Shown one piece after another: positions 1 to 8,860 of a DNA stretch of 64,000 nt (position 1 is the stretch's first letter; every line of letters starts with the position of its first letter). Made by a program: the position numbers and the translations under genes. The notes under the pieces were generated by a model, which was not told the origin of the DNA, did no database searches, and was given only the letters and a program-made list of their open reading frames with translations. The DNA is from Elainellaceae cyanobacterium (lineage in GTDB: Bacteria; Cyanobacteriota; Cyanobacteriia; CAKZMO01): contig JBARXP010000334.1 of NCBI GenBank assembly GCA_049647405.1, positions 30,412-94,411 of the forward strand. The letters are read 5' to 3'.

Positions 1-2
1 TC

Positions 3-1043
3 AGGTCTAACACCGTCAGGTCTAACTCAGAATCGAGTACTGCTGAATCGCGATCGCTTCTCCTCTGTACGCGGCGATCGCGCCTTAAAAAAATAGGCCA
101 AGATGTCTGCGTTGGGGATCGCGTCCGAGTTGAGGAACCTGACTGGCAAGGACAGCGAGGGGCAATTGCCGAAGTGCTGCCGCGTCAGACCGAGTTAGAT
201 CGGCCTTCCATCGCCAATGCCAACCAGATTTTTCTAGTTTTTGCCCTGGCGGAGCCTGAGTTAGACCCCACGCAAATGAGTCGCTTTTTAATCAAGGCTG
301 AGTCTACGGGGCTACAGGTTTGTCTCGGGCTCAACAAAAGTGACCTTGTTGCTTTACAAGAGCAGCAACAATGGCGCGATCGCCTCCAGCAATGGGGCTA
401 TGAACCGCTTATTTTTAGCTTGCAGACTGATCCCTATGGGGTTGAAATTCATCGTCGGCTGCAAAATCGCGTCACGGTCGTATCAGGGCCATCCGGTGTA
501 GGCAAGTCTAGCCTCATCAACCATCTCATTCCGACTATCGATTTACGCGTGGGGGAAGTGTCTGGCAAGCTAGGACGCGGACGCCACACGACGCGACATG
601 TTGAGCTGTTTGAACTGCCGATGGGAGGCTTATTAGCCGATACCCCCGGATTTAATCAACCTGACTTAGCCCTATCGCCTCAAGAATTAGCCCAGTGTTT
701 TCCAGAAATTCGCCAACGGATGCAGGCAGGCAGATGTCAGTTCAAAGACTGTCTCCATCGCGATGAGCCTAATTGTGCCGTGAAGGGAGACTGGGAGCGC
801 TACAGCCATTATTTGAGCATGTTAGACGAGGCGATCGCCCACGAAGAGACTCAAGCTCGGACTCGGGACGAAGAGACAACGCTGAAGGTCAAGGCCGGAG
901 AATCAGGCCAGTCTCGATATGAGCCCAAGCTTGCAACTAAGAAATATCGTCGTCCCTCTCGTCGCAGTCAGAAGCAAGAACTCCAAACTCTATGCCAAGA
1001 TTTCGATACTTTCATCGACGACGACGACTCTGAGCCTGACTGA
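3..1043 (+). CDS. rsgA: Ribosome small-subunit-dependent GTPase RsgA (circularly permuted GTPase); 5' end probably truncated by the window edge
   Basis: Frame is open from nt 3. It shows the OB-fold motif (VGDRVRV), NKSD (G4), GPSGVGKSSLIN (G1), DTPGF (G3) and a C-terminal Zn knuckle (CQFKDCLHRDEPNC). The track ORF starts at GTG 174 but the upstream reading frame continues with RsgA-like N-terminal sequence. Confidence 0.8.
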   Translation, partial: RSNTVRSNSESSTAESRSLLLCTRRSRLKKIGQDVCVGDRVRVEEPDWQGQRGAIAEVLPRQTELDRPSIANANQIFLVFALAEPELDPTQMSRFLIKAESTGLQVCLGLNKSDLVALQEQQQWRDRLQQWGYEPLIFSLQTDPYGVEIHRRLQNRVTVVSGPSGVGKSSLINHLIPTIDLRVGEVSGKLGRGRHTTRHVELFELPMGGLLADTPGFNQPDLALSPQELAQCFPEIRQRMQAGRCQFKDCLHRDEPNCAVKGDWERYSHYLSMLDEAIAHEETQARTRDEETTLKVKAGESGQSRYEPKLATKKYRRPSRRSQKQELQTLCQDFDTFIDDDDSEPD

Positions 1044-1142
1044 AACAATCTAAAAAAGCCTTGAGAAGCGGCAAAATTAGATCTTCTAAGCAAATTAATT
1101 GTGCAGGAGAAAATCTTAAGATAGAAAAATTTAGACGAGGCT

Positions 1143-2312
1143 TTGATGATTCATCGTCCGATTTATTTAGACTGCCATGCGACGACGCCTGTCGATCCGA
1201 GGGTGGTGGCGGCGATGCAGCCTTATTGGACAGAATCGATGGGCAATCCGTCGAGTGTGGGGCATCTCTATGGCTGGGAAGCAGCGGCAGCGGTGTCGCA
1301 AGCACGCGATCGCCTCGCTCAGGCCATTCATGCCGCCCCAGAAGAATTAGTCTTCACCAGTGGAGCCACTGAAGCCAACAACCTCGCCATTAAAGGCGTG
1401 GCTGAGGCTTACTTTTCAAAAGGCCAGCACATCATTACCGTCGCGACAGAGCACAGTGCTGTCTTAGAACCCTGCCGCTATTTGAAAACCCTGGGATTTG
1501 AGATCACGGAGTTGCCTGTTCAGGCTGATGGCTTGCTGGATGTGGCGACCTTAGAACAGGCGTTACGGCCAGACACCGTACTTGTCTCCGTAATGGCTGC
1601 AAATAACGAAATTGGCGTCTTGCAGTCTCTTACTCAGATTGGCTCACTGTGTCGCGACCAAGGGGTTCTCTTCCATACCGACGCTGCCCAAGCTCTTGGC
1701 AAAATTCCACTCGATGTAGACGCTATGCACATCGACCTACTGTCGATGACAGCTCACAAACTCTATGGCCCCAAAGGTGTGGGCGCACTCTATGTGCGAC
1801 GTCGGAATCCTAGAGTGCAGCTTGCACCCCAACTCCACGGAGGTGGACAAGAAAAAGGGTATCGATCGGGAACCCTATACACCCCTCAAATTGTGGGATT
1901 TGCCGAAGCCGTCAATTTAGCTCTGAGTGAACTAGAGCTAGAAGCTGACCGCTTGAGACAATTGCGCGATCGCCTCTGGGGTTCACTCCAGGGCCTTGGC
2001 GGCATTCATCTCAACGGGCATTTTACCCAAAGACTTCCGGGCAACCTCAATATCAGCATTGAGCAGGTTGATCCCCAAAGTCTAATGCTAGGACTTCGGG
2101 GGGCGATCGCCGTGTCATCAGGTTCGGCCTGTGCTTCGGCTGCGGGGCAGCCCTCTCACGTGTTAAGAGCGTTAGGGCGTCCAGATCTATTAGCCCAGGC
2201 ATCCCTTCGATTTGGGCTCGGGCGATTTACCACAGATAGCGAAGTGGACACTGCCACAACAGTTGTGTTAGAAACGGTTCGTTCACTTCGTGAAGTTTCT
2301 GTAGAGATGTAA
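1143..2312 (+). CDS. Cysteine desulfurase (class V aminotransferase, IscS/NifS family)
   Basis: 389 aa with a PLP-fold, the TAHKLYGPKG lysine region and the active-site SSGSACAS cysteine loop typical of IscS/NifS. Confidence 0.85.
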   Translation: MMIHRPIYLDCHATTPVDPRVVAAMQPYWTESMGNPSSVGHLYGWEAAAAVSQARDRLAQAIHAAPEELVFTSGATEANNLAIKGVAEAYFSKGQHIITVATEHSAVLEPCRYLKTLGFEITELPVQADGLLDVATLEQALRPDTVLVSVMAANNEIGVLQSLTQIGSLCRDQGVLFHTDAAQALGKIPLDVDAMHIDLLSMTAHKLYGPKGVGALYVRRRNPRVQLAPQLHGGGQEKGYRSGTLYTPQIVGFAEAVNLALSELELEADRLRQLRDRLWGSLQGLGGIHLNGHFTQRLPGNLNISIEQVDPQSLMLGLRGAIAVSSGSACASAAGQPSHVLRALGRPDLLAQASLRFGLGRFTTDSEVDTATTVVLETVRSLREVSVEM

Positions 2313-2629
2313 CGTCAAGCATCAAGGCGTTCACCATAACTTAATGAAGTTTAGGCTTTGTAAAAAGCGGCAATAGTGAAACGGAGCAATGCAGCGCCAG
2401 TCGGGGCTAAGCCCACCCTTACTCGATATCTCTTACTGAAATGAGCTTTTATATTTAGAGAATAATTATGTGTTTTCTCTAAAGTTCGGCAAAACAAGTA
2501 GGCATCAGTAAGAGAGCTTTAATATGCTGCATTCAGGACAGACATTAATCATTCCCAAATCAGGGTGCATTCAACACACAACGTTTCGTTTCAATGAGAT
2601 GAGCTAACTCTCTGACGCAAGGTGGTTCA

Positions 2630-3412
2630 ATGACAGCATCGCAAGGCTCTCTTCGGTCACGCAGCATGGAAATGTTGCTGGCATATCAGAAAAATCCTTC
2701 TCCCCAATTAAGAAATCGACTTGTTCAACTCAACGCAGGTCTCGTTCGCAAGGTGGCTCATCGGATTAGCCACCAATGTGCCGAACCCTACGATGACCTA
2801 GAGCAAATTGGGTATCTCGGACTGATGCACGCTATCGAGCGATTTAATCCTCAACAGGGGTGCGCCTTTAGTTCTTTTGCCGTCCCTTACATTCGCGGAG
2901 AAATCTTACATTTTTTGCGCGATCGCAGCAGTATTGTCAGAGTTCCTCGCCGATGGCAAGAGCTTCAGCAAGAAGGGCAAAAGGTAAAACGACAACTCGC
3001 CGGTGAACTCAAGCGACAACCCAACGATCGCGAAATTGCTGAATGCATGGGAATCGACATCAAAGACTGGCACGAAGCCCAGATGGCTTACGCCAATCGA
3101 ATGCCAATCAGCCTAGATGGGGTGATGAGCCAAAACATGGATTCTCCCATCACATTGGGCGATATGCTGCCCGATGTGCATGGCCAAACCCTACAACGGT
3201 TAGAAGAAGATCGCCAATTGTTGCAAAGCGCCCTCAATCAACTAGAAGACAAAACTCGCTGCGCCATTGAGTATGTGTTTTTGAGCGGGTTATCTCGCAA
3301 AGAGGTAGCAGAGCGCATTGGTGTTAGTCCTGTAACCGTCACACGTCGAGTACAGCGTGGCCTAAATGAAATGATGACCCTCTTAAATAATCAGCAATTG
3401 CAAGCTGATTAA
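2630..3412 (+). CDS. RNA polymerase sigma-70 family factor, group 3 (SigB/SigF-like)
   Basis: 260 aa. Region 2 (YLGLMHAIERFNP...FSSFAVPYIRGEILHFLRD) and a region 4 HTH (LSRKEVAERIGVSPVTVTRRVQRGL) are present; it is too short for group 1/2. Confidence 0.8.
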   Translation: MTASQGSLRSRSMEMLLAYQKNPSPQLRNRLVQLNAGLVRKVAHRISHQCAEPYDDLEQIGYLGLMHAIERFNPQQGCAFSSFAVPYIRGEILHFLRDRSSIVRVPRRWQELQQEGQKVKRQLAGELKRQPNDREIAECMGIDIKDWHEAQMAYANRMPISLDGVMSQNMDSPITLGDMLPDVHGQTLQRLEEDRQLLQSALNQLEDKTRCAIEYVFLSGLSRKEVAERIGVSPVTVTRRVQRGLNEMMTLLNNQQLQAD

Positions 3413-3671
3413 GCCCTGATTCATCGCTTGAGACGATGCCATTGAGAATAGCGCTTTACTGTTTTAATGGCATCGTCTCAACCATGAGAGACATGGCAAA
3501 ACTTAACGTTCACTTCAAATCTCTTTTGAAAAAAGACATGTTCTAAACGTTAGTCTCACATGAATTAATTTTACAGAACTATTAAGTTCCACTAGCTCCC
3601 GCACGGTTTTGATGATGAAACCTGCGGGATATTTTTTGGCTAAATCTTTTCTATAGCGCTATGTCTTGCCG

Positions 3672-4895
3672 CTACCGCATCAGCCAGTAGTTGTAGGTGG
3701 CATAGGCCAAGGTAACCACTCCAGTCACAATCGAAGTCTCGTCCACGTGAAACTTAGGATGATGAAGCGGATAGTTAGGCTGATCGGGAGAACCCACGCC
3801 GAGACGGAACATTGTCCCTGGAGCATGGTTGAGGTAAAGCGAAAAGTCTTCCGACCCTAAAGATGGCTCAGTAATAATCACGACGCGATCGCTTCCCCAT
3901 GCTTCTTGCGCTGCTGACTCTACCAGCTGCGTCAGAAAATGGTCATTTTGAACTGAGGGAACTCCCCGACGGTAGTTCATCTCAAACGTTGCGCCGTAGG
4001 CACTGCAAATACTCTGAACGATGCCCTGAATCCAATCAGGCAGGCCCGCACTCGTGTCAGGATGGAGCGATCGCACAGTTCCCGTCAGCTTCACCTGATC
4101 GGCAATGACGTTGGGAGCCCGCCCGCCGTTAATTTGCCCAAAGGTCAGCACAACAGGGCGCAGCGGATTTTGCGTGCGGCTGATGGCTTGCTGTAGCGTT
4201 GTAATCACCTGAGCGGCGATCCATAAGGCGTCAATCGCTTCATGGGGACGCGCCCCATGGCCCGACTCTCCCATAATCGTGAGTTCAATATCATCTGCCG
4301 CCGCTGTGAGTGCTCCATATCTGATGCCGATCGAGCCGCTTTGCACCGAGGGAAACGTGTGCAGGCTAAAAATAGCGGAGACATCTTCCATGACGCCATC
4401 GCGGAGCATCCAGCTCGCCCCTTGGGCGGTTTCTTCAGCAGGTTGAAATAAGAAGCGAATGTTGCCTGGAAGCTCCTCGACCAGTTGAGACAGCACCATG
4501 GCGGTTCCTAGCCCGACTGTTGTGTGAACATCATGGCCGCAAGCGTGCATCATTCCTGGATTTTTCGAAGCAAATTCTAGCCCGGTGCGCTCTTGAATCG
4601 GCAACGCATCCATATCTGCCCGAATTCCCAAAAGGCGGCTGTCTTGCCCATGCCCTGTTAGCCCCGCCACCACTCCGGTTTTGCCAACGAGTTCTTGGAC
4701 TTGCAGCCCACAAGAGGAAAGCACCCCTGCAACATAGGCTGCGGTTTTGTATTCCTGACCACTCAACTCTGGGTGGCTGTGGAGATGTCGCCGAATCTCA
4801 ATCAGGCGAGGAGCCAGGTTAGTTGCGATATCTTTAATACGGGTCAGCATTATTGAAGCCTGAATTGCAGAATGTTTCGGAGAATACTTCATCAT
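3672..4895 (-). CDS. M20D family amidohydrolase (N-acyl-L-amino acid amidohydrolase / hippuricase-like)
   Basis: 407 aa with the HACGHD metal-binding motif and overall M20 peptidase/ama-HipO architecture. Confidence 0.8.
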   Translation of the reverse strand: MMKYSPKHSAIQASIMLTRIKDIATNLAPRLIEIRRHLHSHPELSGQEYKTAAYVAGVLSSCGLQVQELVGKTGVVAGLTGHGQDSRLLGIRADMDALPIQERTGLEFASKNPGMMHACGHDVHTTVGLGTAMVLSQLVEELPGNIRFLFQPAEETAQGASWMLRDGVMEDVSAIFSLHTFPSVQSGSIGIRYGALTAAADDIELTIMGESGHGARPHEAIDALWIAAQVITTLQQAISRTQNPLRPVVLTFGQINGGRAPNVIADQVKLTGTVRSLHPDTSAGLPDWIQGIVQSICSAYGATFEMNYRRGVPSVQNDHFLTQLVESAAQEAWGSDRVVIITEPSLGSEDFSLYLNHAPGTMFRLGVGSPDQPNYPLHHPKFHVDETSIVTGVVTLAYATYNYWLMR

Positions 4896-5200
4896 AGGCA
4901 GATCTGCCGCAAATTGTTGCTCTCTCAGACGAGTGAATTTGGCTCAAGTCTTAAGCAGGGTCAACATTAGGTGGACACATTCAGTAATGTCTAGATCAAG
5001 TCTGCCGCCTTTCCAGATGTAGCGATTGAAAAGGTAACGATACTCTACCTGTGGAGAAAAGAAGAGTTGGCGATCGCCCACCCGCGTGACACTTGAGCCT
5101 TGTGACTCTGTTCACAAGATTTCACACCCTCAGGTTCAGTAACGTTCGAGGGTGAAGAGTTCCTGCATGAAATGATCTGTCCATTGCATCTTTAGACCTT

Positions 5201-6037
5201 ATGAAAAGCCAACTGGTTCCTGTTTCAGATTTATCTGCGAGCGTTCGCGCCGAAATGTTTCATCTGCTCCAACGCCATTTCTCTGGCGTCCGCATTGACG
5301 TTTTTCAAGCCGATTTACAGGAGAAAAACTGGGCTCTGCTCTTACGCGACACGAACGGTGAACTGAAGGGATTTTCCACGATTTTGTTTTACAACATTGC
5401 AGAGTCTGCGCTAAATCCAGATATGGATTTCACGGGTCAGGTTGATCCTGAGCTGGACACCATGAATGATCATGCTTCCTCGGATGATGCTTCCTCGATT
5501 AATGCTTCCTCGATTAATGCCTCCTCGATTAGCATTGTTTACTCAGGTGACACCATTATGGACCCATCCGCCTGGTCGAGCATGGTTTTAGCCAAGAGCT
5601 GGATTGATGCGATCAATACCCTGAAGACCATCTATTCCACAGGCTCACTATACTGGTTCTTAATTTCATCAGGCTATCGAACCTATCGGTTTTTACCCAT
5701 TTTTTGGAAAGAGTTCTATCCTCGCTACGATGCTCCTACTTCTCCGCCTATGCAGCACCTGATGGATTGCCTCGCCCAAGAAAAATTTGGCGATCGCTAC
5801 GATGCGAAGGCAGGCGTAATCAGACTCGACCATCCCCAGACGTTACGAGACTCCCTAGCCGGAATTCCTGAAGAAAGACTCTCTGACCCTCACATCGAAT
5901 TTTTTGCCCAGAAAAATCCGACTTATGATCAAGGCGATGAGCTAGTTTGTCTAGCAAAAATTTGTGAAGAAAACCTGACCCGTGCCGGACGCCGCATGTG
6001 GCTTGCGACCCAGTCTTGTGATGTAAAACAGGCTTAA
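5201..6037 (+). CDS. Hypothetical protein carrying an in-frame tandem repeat insert (ASSIN x3)
   Basis: 278-aa ORF with HIP1 sites inside and a plausible start, but no family I can recognise with confidence. The 15-bp x3 DNA tandem repeat at about 5477-5536 encodes ASSINASSINASSIS. Confidence 0.5.
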   Translation: MKSQLVPVSDLSASVRAEMFHLLQRHFSGVRIDVFQADLQEKNWALLLRDTNGELKGFSTILFYNIAESALNPDMDFTGQVDPELDTMNDHASSDDASSINASSINASSISIVYSGDTIMDPSAWSSMVLAKSWIDAINTLKTIYSTGSLYWFLISSGYRTYRFLPIFWKEFYPRYDAPTSPPMQHLMDCLAQEKFGDRYDAKAGVIRLDHPQTLRDSLAGIPEERLSDPHIEFFAQKNPTYDQGDELVCLAKICEENLTRAGRRMWLATQSCDVKQA

Positions 6038-6108
6038 AATGGCGGTTGAGAGACTCCCCAAATTGACGGAAATTCCATTGGTTCCATCTCCGATTTTGTC
6101 CTTGCGTT

Positions 6109-7290
6109 TTGCTTGCCATGACAGATGCCAGACCAGATGACGCCAGACCAGATGCTGCCAGCCCAGATATCGTAAACCTCCGACAATCGAGCGAGGTTGC
6201 TTCGATTCAGCGTCTGATTCACGCTAAACCTGAGACCCCTCTCCCTGAAACGACACCCTTTAGGCTCTCACCGCCACTCATGGCTGGTGCTTCTCAAGAA
6301 ACGCAGCGAGTCTTTAATCGGGGCGATCGCTTCGTCGAGGGCTGGTATTGGGCGATACCGTCTCACCAGCTCAAGGTTGGGCAGGTTAAGCCTGTCACCA
6401 TTCAGGGGCGCAACCTAGCGCTGTATCGGGGCGCAAATGGCATACCTGTGGCGATCGATGCCTACTGTCCCCATATGGGGGCACATCTGGCCGAGGGGCG
6501 GGTTGAAGGAAATAGCCTCCGCTGCTTTTTCCATAACTGGAAATTTGACGCCGAGGGTGCATGTGTTGAGGCTCCCTGTCTAGATGCACCGCCGCGTCTA
6601 TGTCAGCCGACCTTCCCGATCGCTGAGCATTACGGCATGGTGTGGGTCTGGACTGGCTCTACACCCACGCAGCCTCCTCCCTTTGTGCCAGAGCTGGAAG
6701 AACAAGACTGCCATGTGAAGATGGGCAATCGCTTTGTGAGACGCTGTCATCCCAACGTGGTGATGATCAATGCGATTGATGCCAATCACTTCAACACGGT
6801 TCACAATCTGCCGCTGCAAATCGTGTTTCGCAAGCAAGATCTAAACCTCAATGCCATCACCTTCAGCAACCAGACCCGTGGTGGCGAAGCCTCTAGATTT
6901 GTGCGACTCATTCGCCCCTTCTACGAAAACGAAATTACGTATCAAATGTGCTACTGGTACGGCAGCACAGGCACCGTCACAGTTGGCCCCGATGGGTTTC
7001 ATTTTCACATTATGTTTGCCTTGCGCATGATGGATGACGGCAAGACAGAAGGGCAAACCATTTTGATTACGCCGAGGCGATCGCACCTCCATGGCTGGCT
7101 ATTCAACCGCGTTGTGCTGTGGCTGACGGCGCAGGTCGGCAATTATTTTGCTAAGGGAGATACCCAGGTGTTTGAGACGATTCGTTTTCAGCTCAAAACA
7201 CCGACTCGGGCCGATCAGTCGATTCTTCAGTTTGCCCAGCATGTTGAAAATCAGGCTGTGTTGGAGTGGGAGAGTTGGGAGAAAGCATGA
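6109..7290 (+). CDS. Rieske [2Fe-2S] non-heme iron oxygenase (PAO/Tic55-like)
   Basis: Rieske CxH...CxxH pattern (CPHMGAHL...CFFHNWKF) followed by a mononuclear-iron catalytic domain. The true start may be an internal Met. Confidence 0.75.
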   Translation: MLAMTDARPDDARPDAASPDIVNLRQSSEVASIQRLIHAKPETPLPETTPFRLSPPLMAGASQETQRVFNRGDRFVEGWYWAIPSHQLKVGQVKPVTIQGRNLALYRGANGIPVAIDAYCPHMGAHLAEGRVEGNSLRCFFHNWKFDAEGACVEAPCLDAPPRLCQPTFPIAEHYGMVWVWTGSTPTQPPPFVPELEEQDCHVKMGNRFVRRCHPNVVMINAIDANHFNTVHNLPLQIVFRKQDLNLNAITFSNQTRGGEASRFVRLIRPFYENEITYQMCYWYGSTGTVTVGPDGFHFHIMFALRMMDDGKTEGQTILITPRRSHLHGWLFNRVVLWLTAQVGNYFAKGDTQVFETIRFQLKTPTRADQSILQFAQHVENQAVLEWESWEKA

Positions 7291-7384
7291 GGTTTGGGAG
7301 GGGCGATCGCCACTCATTCGCGCCACGAACAAGCATATTCTCCCCATTCTCGCGCCTATTGCGTCTTCCACCACTCCTCAACTC

Positions 7385-7419
7385 AAAAAAACACGCACCT
7401 CACATTTTTGCGAGGTGCG
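7385..7419 (-). terminator. Intrinsic terminator for nfu (8-bp GC-rich stem followed by a U7 run on the minus strand)
   Basis: cgcacctc-N10-gaggtgcg hairpin flanked by aaaaaaa on the plus strand (a U-run on the minus strand), about 115 bp downstream of the nfu stop. Confidence 0.6.
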
Positions 7420-7533
7420 TATGGCTGAAAACCAGAATGATTCAAATGTTTTTGAGCTGTGTCGCGTGCTCTAGCGTGCTTTAAAGTTAGCCCTCTCAGC
7501 CTTGCTCATGTCATCGGTTGAGTCGCTCAGTCG

Positions 7534-7791
7534 TTACAGAACTTGCTCAACCTCAGCAATTTCAGGAATGCTCTCACGCAGCTTGCGCTCGATGCCCATT
7601 CTTAACGTCATGGTCGAACTTGGGCAAGAGCCACAGGCTCCCTGAAGACGGAGACGTACAACGGGGCCGTCTAATTCGACAAGCTCCACGTTGCCGCCAT
7701 CAGATATTAGATAAGGGCGGAGGGTGTCGAGAACGGTTTCAACGTTGTCGGTGGTGAGTTCCATCGTGTCGGACATAGTGATTACCCTCAA
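7534..7791 (-). CDS. nfu: NifU-like Fe-S cluster scaffold/carrier protein (Nfu)
   Basis: 85 aa with the C-terminal NifU domain and its GACGSCPSS motif. Confidence 0.8.
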   Translation of the reverse strand: MRVITMSDTMELTTDNVETVLDTLRPYLISDGGNVELVELDGPVVRLRLQGACGSCPSSTMTLRMGIERKLRESIPEIAEVEQVL

Positions 7792-7845
7792 AGTTGTGAT
7801 GTTTAGATGATTGCTCAGCAGGTGGACACAATCAAATGCAAGATC

Positions 7846-7901
7846 TCTAACTCCTTTGCCGTCTGCGGCACAGACGGCAAAGGAGTTAGAACCCGATTTT
7901 T
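7846..7901 (+). terminator. Perfect 20-bp-stem hairpin followed by a T5 run; terminator-like intercistronic structure
   Basis: tctaactcctttgccgtctg / cggca / cagacggcaaaggagttaga, then acccgattttt. It lies between the nfu start and the 3' end of the upstream minus-strand gene. Confidence 0.5.
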
Positions 7902-7975
7902 AATGATGCCAAGCCACTGCTTAGAGATATACAACAAAGATGTTGTTTTAGTCTATTGTAGCGGAAAATGGGAGT

Positions 7976-8659
7976 CTAGCTGGCCTGAGAAGTCGCCAGA
8001 GCAGGCTCATCGGCACTCAGCAAGGAAATGTTAGAGAAGATAAATTCTTGAGCGGAAGTCCCCTCAGTGGTCTCGGTTTCGATATGGCGACGAGTCAATA
8101 TGAAATAGTCGCCGACTTTCTCATATTCATCTTCAAAGACGCTCTTACCGCCCTTTTGCTCGCCCGTCTCCGGATCGTGATAGACAGAGTCATAGCGATG
8201 GGACAGATATCCTTCCCCGGTGTCGTGGCTGCTAAAGGTGTGGATCGTTACAACAACGCCATGAATGTGACGGTGAACCATCACCACTTCGTTGTCGCGG
8301 AGTTTGTAGCGATCGCCCTCAGCTTTGCCGCCCATGAGAATTGCGATGGCTCCGTCGTCATCGGTTTCTCCGAGAGAAAAAGTATTTTTGCCGTGGGTGT
8401 CATCGAAGCTGCGACGAACCCGATGGATGGCAATTTCCCACATCTGCCCATGAATGGCTTTCTTCGCCTCTTCGTCTTCAAGCCCAGAGACTTCAGCCTT
8501 CATGTCAGGGTTAACGCGGGCAGATGCCGTCAACGTCTGGCTGTCGGTTTTGTACGTGACCTCCGCAGAATATCCCGGAAAATTTTTGTCCCAGGTGTAG
8601 CGATTTTCGTAGGCTGCTCGCATTAAGTCGGTGGCATTCATTGATTCAGTCATAAACAT
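7976..8659 (-). CDS. Conserved hypothetical protein (227 aa, acidic, His-rich core)
   Basis: Long ORF on the minus strand with a clean start; no motif I can name confidently. Confidence 0.5.
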   Translation of the reverse strand: MFMTESMNATDLMRAAYENRYTWDKNFPGYSAEVTYKTDSQTLTASARVNPDMKAEVSGLEDEEAKKAIHGQMWEIAIHRVRRSFDDTHGKNTFSLGETDDDGAIAILMGGKAEGDRYKLRDNEVVMVHRHIHGVVVTIHTFSSHDTGEGYLSHRYDSVYHDPETGEQKGGKSVFEDEYEKVGDYFILTRRHIETETTEGTSAQEFIFSNISLLSADEPALATSQAS

Positions 8660-8860
8660 GCTCTCCTTTCTCCAACCTTAAGTGTAGACAACTCTCAGGG
8701 AGATTGCGATCGCCTCCGCAAGGTAGAACCATCTGGAGGATTGTGTCATCTAAAACCAAGGATAAACTAGAGCGGGATTGAGGTCGAAACCAAAGGCTGA
8801 CAGTGCGCTGATGATGGCAACAGACGATGGCAACTTTCATAGGGCAGGAGCGATAAACCC

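Noticed and set aside
1-30. Direct repeat tcaggtctaac x2 at the very start of the window
   Set aside because: It lies inside the probable rsgA N-terminal coding region. It is short and probably coincidental, and the window edge prevents assessment.
3043-3270. 75-codon ORF overlapping the sigma-factor gene in another frame
   Set aside because: It is embedded in a well-supported gene in a different frame, which is a typical shadow ORF. The same applies to most short same- or opposite-strand ORFs nested within the ctaD, cyclase, kinase and FAD-oxidoreductase genes.
3428-3481. 16-bp-stem, 22-nt-loop hairpin between the convergent sigma-factor and amidohydrolase genes, considered as an intrinsic terminator
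   Set aside because: It is a strong hairpin but there is no U-tract on either strand. It probably acts as a transcript-end or stability structure, so it is not called as a canonical terminator.
7365-7419. Possible Yfr1-like sRNA (sequence actcctcaactc resembles the Yfr1 ACUCCUCACAC box)
   Set aside because: The match is imperfect, and the hairpin plus U-tract lies on the minus strand, where it reads as the nfu terminator. There is no 5' stem-loop in Yfr1 arrangement on the plus strand.
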